A stretch of 64,000 bases of DNA, taken from Octopus vulgaris (taxonomy: Eukaryota). The notes under the pieces were generated by a model that made no database searches, was not told the origin of the DNA, and was given only the letters and a program-made list of their open reading frames with translations. Positions 39,085 to 50,651 of this stretch are shown piece by piece (the stretch's first letter is position 1; every line of letters starts with the position of its first letter). The stretch covers positions 27,776,001 to 27,840,000 of the forward strand of contig OX597828.1 in assembly GCA_951406725.2 (NCBI GenBank). The letters run 5' to 3'. The position numbers and the translations under genes are program-made.

Positions 39085-40417
39085 CAGCAGCAGCTTCCTT
39101 CTTTTAATAAGACCCTATATATAATACTGACAGAAACTAACCAACAACAAACTCCAAATCAGTGTATGATGCAGGGTGAAGGAGTAAACTTCACCTAACC
39201 ACCCTTACCCCATCCCATCCTACTTTCACTTTCTACGTTCTGCCTACCAACCAACCTCCCTACCTACCTCACAATTTACTCTAACCCCTAACCCAACCTA
39301 TCCTACCTACCTCCACATACCTTTATATACCCAAGCAGACATTTACATTGACATAAAAATACTGCTTGATTAGTGAGAAGTTTTCTTTCCATTTCATTTG
39401 GAGTCATGCTGTTAAAATAATTTTTGTTCTATTAAAATAAAAATAAAAAACCCAACAACAACAACAACAACAACTTGCTTCTCTAAAACCACTTGTTTTA
39501 CACATCACTGGCTTCTCAATCTGCTACTAAGATCTGCTACAACAACAACAAACAAATGAAAAGACTTGTTAACTTACAATAGCAAATGAATCAGACTAGT
39601 TTATTTTTTTCTTTATTTTTTTTCTGTTGTTGAAATTTCTATAATTTCTGTCATGTTTTTCCTTTATTGTTTTCCTTATGTTTGTTTGTTATTTTTTTGT
39701 TTTTTTTTTGTTTTGGTTTTCTTTTTTTCTTATGCTTCTTGAAGTTTATTCTGGAACCGTGGTGGTAGATTTGGAAGTAGGGTCTAATCTATCATAGGCT
39801 CAAACCCAGTGTAGAATACATACTTAATACAGCAAAGCTAATAATACACTTATATTTCTGCGACTGCTGCTGCCGTTTATGGTGATGAGCCATTCCACTT
39901 CTTTCTTACTGAGCAAAGAAAGTATTGACCGGTTATAGGCTATTATTTGGCATCATCAACATCATCAACATCATCATTATTGTCATCATTGTTGCTGTTG
40001 TCTGCATTATCATCATCATTGCCTCCACCATCACCACCGTCATCATAACCACCCTTATAAAATATCATTTTCTCTCCTCAGAATATGGATTTCCATGGGA
40101 TTGTCGTCTTTCTTGGTTTTTCTTCTGTTGACTTCATACATTCTGCTCTCTGCGTTTTTTTAAGTCTGTCCAATTCTTGATATTATCCACATACATAATT
40201 CTTGGTCCCTTCCTCTCCACACTTCTATTTGTTCTCATCCATTTCACCTTCCATTATTAGTTTTGCCTTTTGATAGTGTCTAATATAATTTTCTTCCCTT
40301 CTTTTCCTATTCTTAATATTTTATCATTGGTTTTGTATTCTGTACTTAATATTCGAAAAATTCTTCTATTTGCCCATGACCAGAAAGTCATGCAATCCGT
40401 TTGATAATACTGTCTGT

Positions 40418-40765
40418 AGGTGCAGGTGAGGTTGTGTTGTAAGAAGTTTGCTTTCCAATACATGGTTCTGGCTACAGTCTCAGTGTGTGGTACCTTGGGC
40501 ATGTGTCTTCTGCTACAGCTTTTAGTTGTCCTAAGCATTGTGAGTATATTTAGTAGACCAACTGAAACATATACACACACACACACACACACACACGTGT
40601 CTGTACTCCTCACCTCTTGACAACTGATGTTGGTGTATTTACAGCCCTGTAACTTAAAGGTTCAGCAAAAGAGACAAATAGAATAGGGCTCGATTCATTT
40701 GGCTAAAATCCCTCAAGGTAGTGCCCCAGCATGGCCACAGTTTAATTACTGAAACAAGTAAAAAG
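40418..40765 (+). mobile_element. CORE-type SINE
   Basis: ACCTTGGGCATGTGTCTTCT ... CCCCAGCATGGCCACAG...CTGAAACAAGTAAAA. Confidence 0.8.
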
Positions 40766-40904
40766 TAAATCAGATAAAAATTGCCTCACTAAATTCCTTA
40801 TTCACCAAATTCCAAACTTGTACAACTTTCTATCTTCTATGTTGGACCTTATTTTTGCTACAATTTCCAGATTATCACAATTTCCAGATTATTTCCCTTC
40901 ATCA

Positions 40905-41174
40905 GTACAGAGTAACTGTCCAGGAAATAACCTGGAAATAGCAATACACAGATATTGTTTTGAGCTGAGTGGGGGTGCTAGATTCCCTTGTTCAAAAATA
41001 TAAGGACACAGATCGTGTTGCATAACCAGCTGGAGATGATGTCTCCTGGGGCTAAATTACAGCAATGTTCATCCTCAGCCAGGACTGCCATATTATGTTG
41101 GCAAATAATCTTTACTCCAAAGTACTGTTGCTGAATATCTCACATTGTGAGATTTAAAAATAGTAATTTTCTAA
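40905..41174. mobile_element. Partial copy of the long-inverted-repeat element at 58088-58516
   Basis: Matches 58375-58516 directly and 58088-58285 in reverse complement. Confidence 0.75.
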
Positions 41175-41485
41175 AGCAATATTTATTCTTTAAAAATCCT
41201 CAGACATTGGAGGAACCAGAATAAAATTGTGTGATGACGATGCTTTCTTGAAGGACATAAGGAGCATAAGTAAAGTAAATAGCTTCCTCTGTTCAGGCAA
41301 CTGAATCTTCTTGTTCCACTAGAAATTAATATTGATTTATTTTGAACAAAACAATGTCAACAAAAGAACAAGAATGCTGATTGAACCAATTCCAGTACTG
41401 TTCAACTCTGAGAGAAATTAAAAGCAAATTTGATTCTTGAGAGATTTGGTCTCAAGATGTAGAGAAAAGGAATCAAATATTTTAA

Positions 41486-41943
41486 CCTTTTACTATTTAA
41501 ACTGGGCATATCTGGCCCAAATGCTCTACCTGTTTTATTTCCACACTGGTTACATTCTGCTTCTCACACCTACCCTACAATGTCATTTTAAGAATAAATA
41601 ATCGTATAGGCACAGGTGTGGTTGTGAGATAAGAAATTTGCTTCCCAACCACATGGTTCTTAGAAGCATATTAGAAACATCCGGGAAAATGCAGGCAATT
41701 ATGCTTGAAACTGATTGGAGATATTTTGTTGCTCAATGTACAAATCAGTTGTACAGGAGGAATTATGATTAAGATTAAGACCTGATGCTACTTTAGCTTT
41801 TTTAGGTTCTTTGCAGCCAGATCTGGCCTCTCATACTTGCCTTACAATCACATTATTGAAATTTCAAAGCTATGACATGATGATAAAATGCAATATGAAT
41901 ATATAAGCTTAACATTTGCCAGAGTAATCTGAATTCTAAAGGG
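41486..41943. mobile_element. Interrupted or compound piggyBac-type MITE
   Basis: TTAA|CCTTTTACTATTTAAA ... CTAAAGGG|TTAA; family of 42657-42877; SINE head inserted at ~41608. Confidence 0.6.
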
Positions 41944-42099
41944 TTAAATATTCAGGCAGTGAATTGACGGTCATTAGAGAATCAAACAGAATAATTTGTT
42001 GTTGTGTTCTGACTCTCTGTGATTTGAGTTCAAATCCTACCCAGGTTAACTATACCTTTCATCCTAAAATACTAATCCAAAAGGATGAATTAGCAATTA

Positions 42100-42463
42100 T
42101 CATCATCATCGTTTAGCATCCGCTTTCCATGCTGTCATGGGTTGGACGGTTCAACTGGGGTCTCGGAAGCCAGAAGGCTGCACCAGGCCCAGTCTGATCT
42201 GGCAATGTTTCTACGGCTGGATGCCCTTCCTAACGCCAACCACTCCATGAGTGTAGTGGGTGCTTTTTTACATGCCACCGGCACAGGTGCCAGACGAGGC
42301 TGGCAAACGGCCACGATCAGATGGTGCTTTTTACGTGCCACCGGCACAGAGGCCAAGCAAGGCTGGCAATGGCCACGATCGGATGGTGCTTTTTACGTGC
42401 CACCGGCACGGAGGCCAGGCAAGGCTGGCAATGGCCACGATCGGATGGTGCTTTTTACGTGCC
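42100..42463 (-). mobile_element. (GAT)n-tailed retroposon with ~60-bp internal tandem repeats
   Basis: Reverse complement of 10220-10562; GGTGCTTTTTACGTGCC-type motif occurs four times. Confidence 0.85.
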
Positions 42464-42656
42464 CTATTCTGTGTCTAGATAAAAAAGATAAAATATTTAC
42501 TGTTACTTCTATCAGGAGTTACAAATGAGGCACAATAACAACAACTGAAAGACCGATGGAAATATAATTTCCTTAGCTCAATTAGAAGATTGGCTGTGAT
42601 ACAATGTGATGCATTGAATATGCTAACGCCCGTACAATTACCTGCTACTGCCTTAA

Positions 42657-42877
42657 CCCTTTAGCATTTAAACCGGCCATATTTGGCCAAAAGTATTCTG
42701 TCTGTTTTATGATCAAACTAACCAGATCTGGTCTCTCACACCAACCCTACAATATCGTTTTCAAAATTAACAGCTACCTCATCAAAATCTCATAGCTACA
42801 AGATGATGTATGATTAGTTCAAAACAACGTGGATAAAAAAAGATTAATTTCGGCAGAATAATGCAAACACTAAAGGG
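42657..42877. mobile_element. piggyBac-type MITE, second family
   Basis: TTAA|CCCTTTAG ... CTAAAGGG|TTAA. Confidence 0.88.
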
Positions 42878-43183
42878 TTAAAACAGCTTTGTCCATTTGT
42901 TTTCAGTTAACTTGGGATATAAATAGCCTCTGTTTATCAGTTTTCTATCTGACTAGTTACACTTCTTGCTGAAATCTGAATTGCTTGGCTACCTTCTTTT
43001 TATAATAATAATAATAAAAGAAAAATTATTTAATTATTCTAATAAAACATCCTCTTCTTCTCCGTTCTCCTCTTGTAATAAAGTCATTGTTTGTAAGGGG
43101 TTTCTAACCATAAGCTGATTTGTAGATTTTTATCGTTCATTCGTGTGTGTGTATGTATGCATATGCATGTATGTATGTGCGTG

Positions 43184-43284
<101 letters not shown>

Positions 43285-43309
43285 GCATATTTACATACAT
43301 TGGATACAT

Positions 43310-43340
<31 letters not shown>

Positions 43341-44837
43341 CTTGGAACTCTGGTAACTTTTGATTTGTGAAGATCTATAAACTTGGCAGAAACGTGGATG
43401 TTGGAAAGGACCTGTCAGACTGAATATGATTAAAAGATATCAGTGTTATCCAAGGATGTTGTTTAGAGAGACGGAAAAACAAAAAAAAAAGACAGGGAGC
43501 TGGAGTTGTAGTGGGAGTAGAGAATAGAGAACTGCCTCTGAATTGGTCTGTCATTATAACAGTTCATAAAAAATCTGTTCATTGGAAAAGTATAAAAAAT
43601 GTGTGAGAGTTTGGCAATGGTTCCTCATATTACTTCAATATTGTTACAAGGCTGAAATATATCACTTTACAAAGCTTCCAGCCCTTATGTTGATTTGAGG
43701 GTAATTCTTTGCTTTGAGTTTTTTTTTTGTTTTTGTTTTTGTTTTTTTTGGGGGGGGGTTTCTTAGTTTGATTTTCTTTTATTGTTTATTTCGTTTATTT
43801 TTTATCTCAGCTGCTGTCATTTAGAGGAAAATGGTTAGTTAGAATTATCATATGTAGACTCTCTCTCTCTCTTCCAGAAGATATTTCATTGTGTGTGTGT
43901 TTTTCACAAATGTAAATAAATATATCATTTTGTGTAGAATGCACATCTTCACTACTCACCACCACCACCACCACCACCACCACCACCATCAACAACAACG
44001 ACATCAACAACAACTGACCAATTGTTGCTAAATTTTTTTTTTTTTTTTTTTCCAGTAGTAAAATATTGGGTTATTTCTCTTAGATAAAGAACAGAGTTGT
44101 TTTATTTTCGTCAGTAGAGCTCTTATATAGGTTTTTAATGATGTAATTAAGTTCCTTCTCCTTGTCTTAATGTTCTTCTGAGCATAATCAACTGATATTT
44201 CTGGCATTTTCCTTCATTTTTCTCTTGTATTTTTTTTTAATATATTTTCCCTGAAATCTAAACTTGAATTCTTTTCACTATTTGCCCTATTGTTTTGTTA
44301 TTATGATGACATTGTCTTTATTGCTGTTGTGATGTTTGATATACGTGTTAGTTGTGCAGACTGAGGGATAGTTAACATCATGTTTATAGAAATATGTATC
44401 TCTCTTTCCTTTCCTTTCCTTTCTCCCAGCAATTTTTTGATGGGGGAAATAAAGAAAGGGAACGACAATACAATAACTTATCTTGTCACAAAATGAATAG
44501 CTGTGATGAGATTTTTGAGTAAACAAGCACTGCAATCTGATCTGATGTTGTTTTGATACTAGGTCAATATAATTTTCATAAACATATAAAATATTTCTGT
44601 GCGTGTGGCACTGATATGCAATTGGCTTTTAATGTTGATAAACAAGTAGCCGTCTAAATATAGTTTACATCGCACTGATAAGGCTTGTGAGTTTTATACA
44701 ACAACTAAATTGTAAAGTGGAAGTAAAAAACTGCTCCGGGAACAGGGTCATCATTTCGTTTAAATTCTTCAAAGGATTTTTGGTTTTCCTTTTATTGACA
44801 AAGATTATAGGTAAAGGACACTTAAGATAGTAAAATA

Positions 44838-44929
<92 letters not shown>

Positions 44930-44984
44930 GGTTGATAAATTTGGGGTTAAAACTGCAAAATGCGATATATATGTATATGTTTTT

Positions 44985-45361
44985 AGGCGCAGGAGTGGCT
45001 CTGTGGTAAATAGCTTGCTTACCAACCACATGGTCCTGGGTTCAGTCACACTGCATGGCACCTTGGGCAAGTGCCTTCTACTATAGCCTCGGACCAACCA
45101 AAGCCTTACAATTGGATATGGTAGACGGAAATACATATATATTTTATATTTATATGATATATATATATATATATAGATATATATATATATATATATATAG
45201 ATGATAGGCTTCTTTCAGTTTCCATCTACCAAATCCACTCACAAGGTTTTGTTTGACCCAAGGCTATAGTAGAAAACATTTGCCCAAGGTGCCATGCAAT
45301 GGGATTGAACCCAGAACAATGTGTTGGAAATCAAATTTCTTACCACACAGCCATGTCTGTG
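44985..45361. mobile_element. Two convergent CORE-SINE 5' halves (44985-45132 +, 45205-45361 -) around a TA run
   Basis: GGCACCTTGGGCAA on the left arm and TTGCCCAAGGTGCC on the right arm. Confidence 0.85.
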
Positions 45362-45370
45362 CTTTCCTTT

Positions 45371-45423
<53 letters not shown>

Positions 45424-45426
<3 letters not shown>

Positions 45427-46000
45427 ACATCACAATCAAGGAACGGCAATAATAGGCCATTCACCCACTAGAAATAACAGCCAAAGCTTCAACCGCAAAA
45501 TAACATTAATTCCGTAAACCAGGAGAAAATTAGAAAACATTTACCCTGTAATTTCTTATACGATGCACCGTTTCATCTACTGTTTAATGGTAAACTAACC
45601 TGATTAAATTAAATCAAGCCAATCTTCCATAGGCCCTTAGATTCCTCAGTAAGAAATAGCCAGAACGGAACAGATATTTTCACGAGGCATCTCTGTCCCT
45701 GCCTCGGCAATATCTGACCTAAAATTTTCAAATCATCGCACTCGCGCCAAATTTATCGGCAGCAAATAAATATAAGCCGCCGATTCCATTACGGAATCAA
45801 CCAGAAAATTCATAATTAATCAATATAGGGTGGCAAAAAAAATTTTGTAGAATTTTTTGCCACCAGCGGCCTAGTGGGAAAAAATTAAATAGTCATAGAC
45901 CACTTATAAGTTCAACATCACAATCAAGGAACGGCAATAATAGGCCATTCACCCACTAGAAATAACAGCCAAAGCTTCAACCGCAAAATAACATTAATTC
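45424..46000. repeat. 577-bp segment bounded by identical 89-bp direct repeats (45424-45512, 45912-46000)
   Basis: TCAACATCACAATCAAGGAACGG...AATAACATTAATTC occurs twice, 488 bp apart. Confidence 0.9.
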
Positions 46001-46331
46001 TCGTCTGGGAAAGCCTAAGACTGTCATGGAATCTTCCCTTTGTATTTTCACTAATTAATTTAAAGAATACCTTTCCGTATTTTTATTCTTTCTTGATTTA
46101 ATATTTTCTTGTGTCTCCTTTCTATTTGCATATCATACCAGCAGCTATTGCATGGCATATCTGATTTACATAAGTCAAATCTATTTCCTCATTTTATCGT
46201 CAAGAATTTGTTCTATTACAAGCTTAATTTTTGTTTTCTTCATTTTTCTTCTGCTCTCATTTGTGATGCTATTTTCGGTATGTCTGCTCTTCAAGTCTTC
46301 AATTTATATTTTCATTTCTTCTATACTCTTT

Positions 46332-46663
46332 TATACTCTTTTACTTATTTCAGTCATTTGACTGTGGCCATGCTGGAGCACCGCATTTAGTCGAGCAAAT
46401 CGACCCCAGGACTTATTCTTTGTAAGCCCAGTACTTTTTCTATCGGTCTCTTTTTCTGAACCGCTAAGTTATGGGGACGTAAACACACACATACACATAT
46501 ATATACGACTGGCTTCTTTCAGTTTCCGTCTACCAAATCCACTCACAAGGCATTGGTCGGCCCGGGGCTATAGCAGAAGACACTTGCCCAAGATGCCATG
46601 CAGTGGGACTGAACCCGGAACCATGTGGTTGGTTAGCAAGCTACTTACCACACAGCCACTCCT
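46332..46663 (-). mobile_element. CORE-type SINE, conserved, with an internal deletion
   Basis: Highly similar to 8469-8887. Confidence 0.9.
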
Positions 46664-47462
46664 ATCAGGCTTTTTTTTTTCTACACTATTTGTTCATTGT
46701 TCATTTGTATTTCTGGGGTATTTTCCTTTTACCTTTCTTTTCTGTTATTTTCTACTAAATTGACTGTAGTTTGTGACTGTAGAATTTCTTTGGTTTGATG
46801 GAAACTCTGTTTTACAGATGTTGTGTTCATTGTATTATTGCTATCTCTACTTGCTTATGTTCTGGATTGCTTATATAACAGGAAGTAATCATGCTTTTAA
46901 AACTTGTTTGATTTATTTATTTATCTTTTACATCTCTCCTTACATTTCAAGAACCGTTCACCAATAATATTCCCAGTGTAATATTCAGATTGTTTTACCA
47001 AGGTTTATTTGGTCTAATTTGGATTCCAGCATGACATTACTCTCTATAACATTAATTAATAGAGGAAATCCAAAATGAAAATATCTCAAAGATGAAATAA
47101 ATTGACAAAGCAAAGGCATCCATCTGTAGAAACCATGCCCATGCCGATATCGAAGCATGTTGTCCTCATTCCCATCAGATTCTGTCAAACTGACCAACCC
47201 ATGCCAGCGTGGAACATGGTCATTAAATTATGATGATGAAAGGAAGACTTGATTTTTCTCCTTTAGAACCATTGGGGCATCTCAGACAGTCTGACAGAGA
47301 AGCTGAGAAGGCACAGCATGGCTGCTGTATAGTAATGTGAGAAATGTAGCAAAGTGAAATAGTGACATATCATCATTTAATGTCAGTTTCCTGTGATGGC
47401 ATGGGTGGGATCTTATATATATATATATAATATAATATAATATAATATAATATATATATATA

Positions 47463-47726
47463 TCATCATCATCATCATCATCGTTTAACGTCCATTCTCC
47501 ATGCTAGCATGGGTTGGACGGTTCGACCGGGGATCTGGGAAGCCAGGAGGCTGCACCAGGTTCCGATCTTATCTGGCAATGTTTCTACAGCTGGATGCCC
47601 TTCCTAACGCCAACCACTCCGTGAGTGTAGTGGGTGCTTTTTACGTGCCACCTGCATAGAAGCCAGTCGAGGCGGCACTGGCTTGGGCCACGATTCGGAT
47701 GGTGCTTTTTACGTGCCACCGACACG
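47463..47726 (-). mobile_element. (GAT)n-tailed retroposon
   Basis: Near-identical to the reverse complement of 7930-8084. Confidence 0.85.
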
Positions 47727-47942
47727 TATATATAGTTAATCCATATAGTTAATATATATAGTTAATCCATATAGTTAATATATAATATATATATAATATA
47801 TAATATATAATATATATAGTTAATCCATATAGTTAATATATATAGTTAATCCAAACATGAAAACACAAAGAGAAAACACAATGCGAGGATATGGAACAAG
47901 TATAGTATTATTGGATGCTCAGGAAAGAAGGAAAGAACGAGG

Positions 47943-47977
47943 GTTTAACGTTTCGAGCGGAGCTCTTCATCAGAAAC
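47943..47977 (-). ncRNA. Putative minimal type-I hammerhead ribozyme inside a ~210-bp TA-embedded element (47845-48055)
   Basis: Minus strand GTTT-CTGATGA-A-GAGC-TCC-GCTC-GAAA-CG-TT^AAAC: stem I GTTT/AAAC, stem II GAGC/GCTC, palindrome AACGTT in place of helix III. Confidence 0.7.
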
Positions 47978-48051
47978 ATAGGAAAAGGAAAGATCCAAAG
48001 AAATGAAGACGGAGGAAAATAAATCGCCAACAGTACACACGCGGTCACATT

Positions 48052-48099
<48 letters not shown>

Positions 48100-48125
48100 T
48101 TATACGCATACACACATATATATCT

Positions 48126-48425
48126 TCTTTTACTTGTTTCAGCCATTAGACTGTGACCATGCTGGGGCACTGTCTTGAACTATTTTTAGTTGAAGAAATC
48201 AAGCCCAGTACTTTTCCTGTAAATCTAGTACTTATTCTGTCAGACTCATTTGCTGAACCATTAAGTTATGGGAATGTAAACAAACCAACACAGGTTGTTG
48301 AGTGGTGGCGGAGGGACAAACCCAGACACAAAGACACACACACATAGATATACACATACACACACATGACGGATGTCTTTTTTTTTCCAGTTTCCATCTA
48401 CTGAATCCATTTCGAAGACTTTGGT
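48126..48425 (-). mobile_element. 3' part of a CORE-type SINE
   Basis: TTACTTGTTTCAGCCATT...CAGTTTCCATCTAC. Confidence 0.75.
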
Positions 48426-48661
48426 CAAAAGAAAACAGTGAACTTGCCAGGAGAAGTTTTAAATCCAACATTTTGGACAGTTCTTCTTTGGGGAAAAATT
48501 AAGTTTACTGCAATCTTTTGTGTGTTTTGTGTTCTTTTATTGCTTTTCCTGTATGATACAAGTCTCACCAAAGCACAACAATCCAAGCCTCTTTGGGTTT
48601 TGCTTCATGATGTGTGTGTGTGTATATATATACATATATAGATACATATAAATATATATAT

Positions 48662-48779
<118 letters not shown>

Positions 48780-48832
48780 GTTTATATATTTGTTGTGCAA
48801 GATTTTTTATGTGAAGTTGTGTGTTGAAACAG

Positions 48833-49059
48833 ATATTGTTATATTTCGGAATGGTCATTTGCCAGTTTAGCCAATAAAAACATGCACACTATATATTTGG
48901 TGTTATTTTGCTTCAGTGTTATTTATTTTTTACATTAATCTGGCTGAAATAAGATAAAGATTAATGTAAAAAATAAATAACACTGAAGCAAAATAACACC
49001 AAATATATAGTGCATGTGTTTTTATTGGCTAAACTGGCAAAATGACCATTCTGAAATAT

Positions 49060-49067
<8 letters not shown>
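48833..49067. repeat. Long inverted repeat, ~109-bp arms, 16-nt spacer, inside (TA)n
   Basis: 48833-48941 is the reverse complement of 48958-49067 with few differences. Confidence 0.95.
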
Positions 49068-49104
<37 letters not shown>

Positions 49105-49597
49105 TATATATGTTAGATAGTGGTAGCTGGCCAGATCCCATCTCTCACACTTACCCTACAATGTTATCCTAAAAATAAGCAATCACATCTGTGAATTTTC
49201 AAAACTATGAGATAATCCATGATTAATTTATAACAATCTGATTAATCTGAATGCTAAAGGGTTCAATGGAATTGTTATAAATATGAATAGTTATAACAGT
49301 GGAATTGGTAAATGGTGGTAGCAGTGGCTGAAGAACTTAGATAATTATTTGAGTAACAATCATTGTTATCATGTAATGTCTGAGGAAGAATTGTCAAATA
49401 ACTATCAATAGAGACATCAACAGAGATATTTGTAGTTGATTTAAGTTTGAAAGGTATGGCTTAAGAAACTTTACCCAAGATGCATTTGCAGTTACGATAC
49501 ATAATTGCATACTATAAAAGTAACAGAAGTTTTCTGCTTCGTAGTCCTGAGTTCAAATCTTGCCATGGTTAAATTGCCATTCATTTTCATAGGTTAA

Positions 49598-49816
49598 CCC
49601 TTTAGTGTTCAGATTATTCTATCAAACATAATGCTTATTGATTCCCATTGATTTGAATTAATCATGCATTATCTCATATCTTCAAGATCTTGATGGTGTA
49701 ATTACTTAATGTAGAATAACATTGTAGGGTAGGTGTGAGAGCCTGGATCTGGTCGGTTTGAACATAAAACAGATTAAATATTTTGGCCGGATACGGCCGG
49801 TTTAAATACTAAAGGG
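49598..49816. mobile_element. piggyBac-type MITE (family of 42657, opposite orientation)
   Basis: TTAA|CCCTTTAGT ... ACTAAAGGG|TTAA. Confidence 0.88.
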
Positions 49817-50243
49817 TTAAACTAAATGAGTGTAAACAATTGATCAACTGACTGTATGCCTTGCCTTCATAAAAAAAAGAGAGAAAAAGAAAACAGATTT
49901 GTACCTCTGGAAGAAATTGTTTTTATTGTGAAGGTTGGTGAAGTTTAGTTCCTCTCTCGGTACCCCTTGTTTACAAGGGTGTGTTGTTTTGGCATATGTG
50001 CTGCTCAAGAATTTGTATCAAGATTAGTTCCAAGATAAATCTCACAAATGCTTTGGGCTGCATCATTACTGATGATTCTGGGGTCTCAGTAGTGGTGGTG
50101 GTGGTGGTTGGTTCAAGACTTTAGACATCAACCACTATTGGCTAGTTTGGTCATCCAGGGTAAATCAAGTCCCAGCTTGTATCCCAATAGCAGCAATGGC
50201 AGCCCTCTTTATCCACAGCTACTCAGTGGCCTTCTCTGCAACT

Positions 50244-50651
50244 TTACTCTTTTACTCTTTTACTTTTTTCAGCCATTTGACTGCGGCCATGCTGGAGCAC
50301 CGCCTTGAATGGTAAAACTCGACCCTGGGATTTATTCTTTGTAAGCCCAGTACTTATTCTATTGGTCTCTTTTGCCGAACCACTAAGTAACGGGGACATA
50401 AACACACCAGCATCGGTTGTCAAGCAATGCTAGGGGGACAAACACAGACACACAAACATACACGCACACATATATATATACTTATATACGACGGGCTTCT
50501 TTCAGTTTCCGTCTACCAAATCCACTCACAAGGCTTTGGTCGACCCGAGGCTATAGTAGAAGACACTTGCCCAAGGTGCCACGCAGAGGGACAGAACCCG
50601 GAACCATGTGGTTGGTAAACAAGCTACTTACCACACAGCCACTCGTGCGCC
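50244..50651 (-). mobile_element. CORE-type SINE, full length, conserved
   Basis: Highly similar to 8469-8887 and 16807-17205. Confidence 0.9.

Noticed and set aside
39881-39912. Box C (GTGATGA) and box D (CTGA) snoRNA-like motifs
   Set aside because: Only about 30 nt long, with no terminal stem or second box pair.
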